Source: an uncultured Thermotogaceae bacterium (GTDB lineage: Bacteria > Thermotogota > Thermotogae > MWEM01). From it: a stretch of 64,000 bases of DNA. The notes beneath the pieces are model-generated. The model was not told the origin of the DNA, did not search any database, and was given only the letters and a program-made list of their open reading frames with translations. Numbering within the stretch: the first letter of the stretch is position 1; every line of letters starts with the position of its first letter. The stretch is from assembly GCA_964604305.1 (NCBI GenBank), contig CAZRYM010000004.1, positions 4,553 to 68,552 on the forward strand. The letters are read 5' to 3'. The position numbers were made by a program, and so were the translations under genes. Below are positions 59,667 through 64,000 of this stretch, piece by piece.

Positions 59667-62021
59667 CTAAGAGTTATTTTCCCAAAACGCTTGAAGAATT
59701 TGTATAATTTCCCTTTCATTTCGTATGTTGATGGCGTGAGACCAGTCTGCAGGAAATATTGAAGGATAAGGGTTTTGGATAAATCTTTGATCGATAAGCA
59801 TGACAACACCCTTATCATCGTGAGAACGAATTACTCTACCAACAGCTTGCATTACCTTGTTTGCTCCAGGATATATATAAGCATATTCCCATCCTTTTCC
59901 CAGTTTATTTTGATAATAGTCTTTAATAATGTTTCTGTCAAACCCAATTTGCGGTAAACCAACACCTACAATAATTGCTCCGCTTAATCTTGTACCGATT
60001 AAATCAATACCTTCACCAAATATTCCACCCATCAATACAAAGCCAACCAGTGTTTCTTCAGGTTTATGTGTGAAAGATTCTAAAAAAGATTCTCTGTCAT
60101 TTTCGTTCATATATGGATATTGAATGCTGGTTTTGATCTTTGGATATTTCAGTATGAAGGCGTTGTGTATCATCTCCATGTATTTGTAGGAGGGGAAAAA
60201 CACCATGTAATTTCCCCTGTGCCTTGAAATTAATTCGATATTTTTAACAATTGAATCAGCAGAATATTGCCTGGCATTGTACTTGGTTGAAATCATTGAG
60301 TTTACAAGCAGACATAGTCTTTTTTGATTGAAAGGCGATCTCAAAATTAATGAATAGTCATCTTTGGTAGCGCCAAAAAGGTGTTTGTAATAGTCCATTG
60401 GTGAGAGTGTTGCTGAGAACAAGACGCAAGAACTGCCTTTTTCGAGCATCTCTCTTATATGTCTTGACGGATCGATGCAATAAAGGTTGAGTGTTTCGGC
60501 AACATTGTCATAGACAGAAATATAATGGTCATCATACCTTTCCATGGTATTGTTGAAGGCATTTAGTTCGAAAAAGTATTCTGTCAGTTTTTCTTTCATG
60601 GAATCGTATCCGGGTGTCATTAGATAAGCCGCTATTTCTCTTAAAGTATCCTCAAGGGATTCTTTAATATCTTTGGGAGCTTCTTTCTTTGTCCATTTTG
60701 GTTCAAGATTCTCATTTAGAAAGTAATAAGAAACCTCTGTTTCTAGCTTTCTGGTGCTTTTACTTATTTTCGAGTTTTTGCTTTTAACATCTTCTCTCAA
60801 CTTGGACAAAGAATTCATCGATAATTTGGAAGAATACATCTCTCTAGCCCTTTCTGGTAGGTTATGTGCTTCATCTATCAGAAAAATGTAATTTCCTGCT
60901 TCATCAAAATATCTTCTTAAATAGGCTCTGGGATCAAAAAGATAGTTATAATCACAAATGATACAATCTGAGAATTCGGAAAGATCAAGAGATAGTTCAT
61001 AGGGACAGACGGTGAATGAACGGGCATGTTCTTGAATTGTTTTTCTGCTTAAATGACAATCATTCGTTATAATGTTCGTTAACGCTTCGTTTACCCTGTC
61101 AAAATGACCTTTTGCGTACTGACAATTGTATGGATCACATTTAAATTCACCATTGATACAGATTTTTTCCTTTGCGGTAATCACAATCGACTTTAATTTT
61201 AAGCCTTTATTTCTCAGTAAATCCAGTGTATTTTCAACGGTTTGCCTAGTGATTGTCTTTGAAGTCAGATAAAAAATTGAACCGCCCAATGCTTTTCCCA
61301 TAGCCTTTAGTGCAGGGAAAAGTGTTGCCAGAGTTTTCCCTGTTCCTGTTGGTGCCTGGGCGAAAAGCTTTTTCTTATCTTTTATGGAATGATAAACCAT
61401 TACAGAAAACTTTCGTTGTCCCTCTCTAAATCGTTCAAAAGGGAAATGGAGATTTTTTATACTGTTGTTTCTTTCAAGAATCCATTCATCCTTGATCTTT
61501 AACCATTTTGTGTATTTATCTGCAAGTTCGTTGATAAACTGAGTGAGGTCTTTCTTTGAATAGGTAAAGTTAAGGTGTTTGATATGATCGTTGTCTGTGT
61601 TGTAATAGGTTATTCTCAAGTTGATTTGATCTAATTTTTCTTTTGAAACAACCATATATCCATAACACATACATTGCCTTAAATGATTTTGATCTAAAAG
61701 TTCATCAATATCTTCAATTGGAATGCGAGTTGTTTTTATTTCATCAATTGTAACCTCTTGCTTGGACCTGTGAATGCCATCTGCCCGTCCAAAAATAGAT
61801 AATGAAATGTTTTTTTTTAGTATGGAACATGTTAAATAAACTTCGCTTTCAAAAGCACCCGCGAAAGTCTCTTCATAATCCTTTTGAATTTTTTTATGTG
61901 CCTTAACACCAAGTCTGCCTCTTTCTGAAAGATCTGATGCGTTAAATCTGTTATCCAAATTACCAGATCTGTAAATAAAACCTATGAGTTCTCTTACCCC
62001 AATCGTATGTTCGTTATTCAA
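59667..62021 (-). CDS. Fusion of an N-terminal PD-(D/E)xK nuclease-like domain with an XPD/DinG-family Fe-S DNA helicase
   Basis: N-terminus: GRADGIH...VTIDEIKTT (D...ExK). Helicase: APTGTGKT, the Fe-S Cys cluster CINGEFKCDPYNC...CPYE, DEAH (LIDEAHNL) and the C-terminal helicase_C_2-like block GGIFGEGIDL. Confidence 0.7.
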   Translation of the reverse strand: MNNEHTIGVRELIGFIYRSGNLDNRFNASDLSERGRLGVKAHKKIQKDYEETFAGAFESEVYLTCSILKKNISLSIFGRADGIHRSKQEVTIDEIKTTRIPIEDIDELLDQNHLRQCMCYGYMVVSKEKLDQINLRITYYNTDNDHIKHLNFTYSKKDLTQFINELADKYTKWLKIKDEWILERNNSIKNLHFPFERFREGQRKFSVMVYHSIKDKKKLFAQAPTGTGKTLATLFPALKAMGKALGGSIFYLTSKTITRQTVENTLDLLRNKGLKLKSIVITAKEKICINGEFKCDPYNCQYAKGHFDRVNEALTNIITNDCHLSRKTIQEHARSFTVCPYELSLDLSEFSDCIICDYNYLFDPRAYLRRYFDEAGNYIFLIDEAHNLPERAREMYSSKLSMNSLSKLREDVKSKNSKISKSTRKLETEVSYYFLNENLEPKWTKKEAPKDIKESLEDTLREIAAYLMTPGYDSMKEKLTEYFFELNAFNNTMERYDDHYISVYDNVAETLNLYCIDPSRHIREMLEKGSSCVLFSATLSPMDYYKHLFGATKDDYSLILRSPFNQKRLCLLVNSMISTKYNARQYSADSIVKNIELISRHRGNYMVFFPSYKYMEMIHNAFILKYPKIKTSIQYPYMNENDRESFLESFTHKPEETLVGFVLMGGIFGEGIDLIGTRLSGAIIVGVGLPQIGFDRNIIKDYYQNKLGKGWEYAYIYPGANKVMQAVGRVIRSHDDKGVVMLIDQRFIQNPYPSIFPADWSHAINIRNEREIIQILQAFWENNS

Positions 62022-62038
62022 TTCATTTCCCCATTTTT

Positions 62039-64000
62039 TTATTTAGTCTTTTCATTTGCAGACAAAGCAGATAATGGTGCATCATCTCCATAAAGAACAA
62101 AGCCTCCCCAAACCCAAGAAGGCGCTTCCCCCCATTGCCTTCTTAAAGTATTTATCATTTTTCTCTTTGATGATTTTAAGGCTTCTGATTTCTTCATTCC
62201 TGATAAGAGTTTTTTATAAAACAAAATCATAAGGTTTACCGTAAATACGTCAGGTACATTCCAAAGACTTACCAATACTGAGGATACACCAGATGATATC
62301 AATGCGGAGCATAGACCTATTATGCCTTCACCAGGTGTAATATGACCACGTCCAGTTTTACAGGCTGACAATATTACAATTTCAGTGCTCAAGAGATTTA
62401 ATGACAAAATGTCTGTTGCCGTTAGTACACCATCTTCATATAAAGTTGGAATTTCTTCTCCTCTCAAGATGTTATTTATGCCGCTTAAAGCAATTCCACA
62501 TCGGGCAAAAGGGTGAATATCAATTCTATTTTCAAGATAAAAGCCATGTGTAGCAAGATGAAGTATCTTGGGTGAATTTATTTTTTTTAATTCACCATCA
62601 TTTACTGATTCTTTGTTGTAAATATAAACATCACGTATGTCTTGTTCACTTAATAAATTGAGAATCTTTTTCGCCTCAGTTGAAGTTCCAGGTAATTGAG
62701 GAAATTGATCCAATTCATTCCTGAAAATATTGTGTTCTACTTTTTGTTTAGCATTATCGCCAAGAGGGTTTCTAGCAGGATCTAAATCAAAACTGGGATC
62801 TGCAAAAAGGAAAATACCTTCTGTGATATTATCTGTTTTTTCATGCTGATAGATCAGATTCCTTCCTGAACTAACATATTGAACACTGTAATCTTCAATG
62901 AGATATTGTCCGTTATCAAGAATAAGGGATTCAAAAGGAAGATTGTTAAATTCACCATCAGGAGAGACAATTATTTTTTTTGTTTTGTTTCTAAGCATAA
63001 CCTCTTTGTCTTTGAAGAGTAATTTCCAAAGGGTGTTTTGAACCCTTTCAGAGTTTACGTCTTTTTTTTCTTTCTTTTTTTGTGTGATAACCCCTCGATT
63101 TAAATCCGAATGATTCATATCACTTTCTTTTATTAGTTTTTCTATTTCCTTTGCATCGTCTATAATGAAAAAATCTGTTTTGTCTTTCCGGATAAAGAAA
63201 ATGATATATCCAAAGCTCGGCTGTTGTTCTTTTGTAGCGGAAAAATCAAAGAACTGGAATTTGAAGAAATCAACGAATAATGCCTCTTCAGAGATTTTTT
63301 CCTGAAGGAGTTTCACCGTGGCTGTTTTTGTTTTTGATTTTAATGAATATACGGGTACAGCACTTGATATCCTATTTTCGATTACCTCAGCTTTAGAATG
63401 GAGTGCCTTTACCTTTTCCCTGTTTTCTTCAGGCGTTTCGGTAAAATACCCCTTTGTTGTTCTCAGAACAATCTCCTCTTTTGTTTTTATGAGTGTGTTG
63501 AAGAGTTTTTTTAAGTGTGGGTCTCTATCTTTTATGATATTTCTATATCTTTCGATTCCAGTTTCAAATACTACTGCTTTTCTTCTAAGGATTAACCCAA
63601 AAACCTCTTTCAAAAGCTCATTCATTTCCAGCTCTTCTTTATTGTATTCTTTTTGCATCAAGGCAAAAAGGCTAATTAACTGATTCAATTCACCGTTTAT
63701 TTTTTGAAGAAAATTCCATGCATAATCTCTGGAAAAAGAAGTGGATACTTCAAGAAGTATTTCATTTTGAATCTCTACAGCTTTTTTAAGAATTTTAAAA
63801 ACTTGAACTTTTTCAGATAAAAAGAATTCTGTATTTGCCTTCATACCAAGAAGTTTTGTGTATTGAATGTGATTTTCACCTGTTGTTTCTTTTTGTATCG
63901 TCAAAGCTTTTTCCAAATATTCCAGTGTATTATGATAATCTTCTTTAATATAATGGATCTTTGCAATATTTGAAAGGGCTTTAACTTGAATTTCTGGTGT
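62039..64000 (-). CDS. TPR-repeat plus CHAT-domain caspase-like protease. The N-terminus is truncated by the window edge
   Basis: CHAT catalytic dyad motifs LHLATHG and VILSACKTG. Upstream of the annotated TTG, the reading frame continues without a stop to position 64000 (...TPEIQVKALSNIAKIHYIKEDYHNTLEYLEKALTIQKE) and is TPR-like. Confidence 0.7.
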   Translation of the reverse strand, partial: TPEIQVKALSNIAKIHYIKEDYHNTLEYLEKALTIQKETTGENHIQYTKLLGMKANTEFFLSEKVQVFKILKKAVEIQNEILLEVSTSFSRDYAWNFLQKINGELNQLISLFALMQKEYNKEELEMNELLKEVFGLILRRKAVVFETGIERYRNIIKDRDPHLKKLFNTLIKTKEEIVLRTTKGYFTETPEENREKVKALHSKAEVIENRISSAVPVYSLKSKTKTATVKLLQEKISEEALFVDFFKFQFFDFSATKEQQPSFGYIIFFIRKDKTDFFIIDDAKEIEKLIKESDMNHSDLNRGVITQKKKEKKDVNSERVQNTLWKLLFKDKEVMLRNKTKKIIVSPDGEFNNLPFESLILDNGQYLIEDYSVQYVSSGRNLIYQHEKTDNITEGIFLFADPSFDLDPARNPLGDNAKQKVEHNIFRNELDQFPQLPGTSTEAKKILNLLSEQDIRDVYIYNKESVNDGELKKINSPKILHLATHGFYLENRIDIHPFARCGIALSGINNILRGEEIPTLYEDGVLTATDILSLNLLSTEIVILSACKTGRGHITPGEGIIGLCSALISSGVSSVLVSLWNVPDVFTVNLMILFYKKLLSGMKKSEALKSSKRKMINTLRRQWGEAPSWVWGGFVLYGDDAPLSALSANEKTK

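Noticed and set aside
59618-59818. 66-aa minus-strand ORF overlapping the 3' end of the helicase gene and the intergenic region
   Set aside because: It overlaps the well-supported helicase C-terminus in another frame and has no RBS. It is likely spurious
1-64000. CRISPR arrays, rRNA/tRNA genes, IS elements
   Set aside because: No regularly spaced direct repeats, no transposase or integrase-like ORFs and no tRNA-like structures other than the tmRNA were seen on reading through the intergenic regions

Overview
This is an AT-rich, gene-dense bacterial chromosomal segment of about 60 CDS on both strands, almost entirely housekeeping genes. They include ligA, rpe, pheST, serS, dnaB, recQ, ahcY, lgt, rlmN, coaE, gpsA, plsC, argF, rsmD and a tmRNA gene. 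The lineage hints point to a diderm, Firmicute-like organism: an LptF/LptG permease pair and Lgt sit alongside YqeK, GlpP-like and QueD genes, and a sucrose-phosphate-synthase/fructokinase pair. That mix resembles Halanaerobiales-type halophiles (possibly Halothermothrix/Halanaerobium-like; this is a recollection, not a database hit). No CRISPR array, rRNA, tRNA or clear mobile element was seen. The stretches most worth a second look are as follows. (1) An Hsp70-NBD-like ATPase with no substrate-binding domain and a C-terminal glycine-zipper membrane anchor, translationally coupled to an upstream polytopic membrane protein and, further upstream, to a GH13_18 sucrose-phosphorylase-family enzyme. 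(2) A TPR-CHAT caspase-like protease, truncated at the window edge, immediately followed by a fusion of a PD-(D/E)xK nuclease and an XPD/DinG-type FeS helicase. (3) A B12-binding radical SAM enzyme translationally coupled to TldD/TldE (PmbA) inside a dnaB...coaE operon. (4) A large secreted HExxH/beta-propeller protein next to an orphan FepC-like ABC ATPase. (5) A REC-Hpt protein paired with a SARP-family regulator. All coordinates and calls come from reading the supplied ORF translations and the DNA. Family assignments rest on recognisable motifs and are inferences, not search results.
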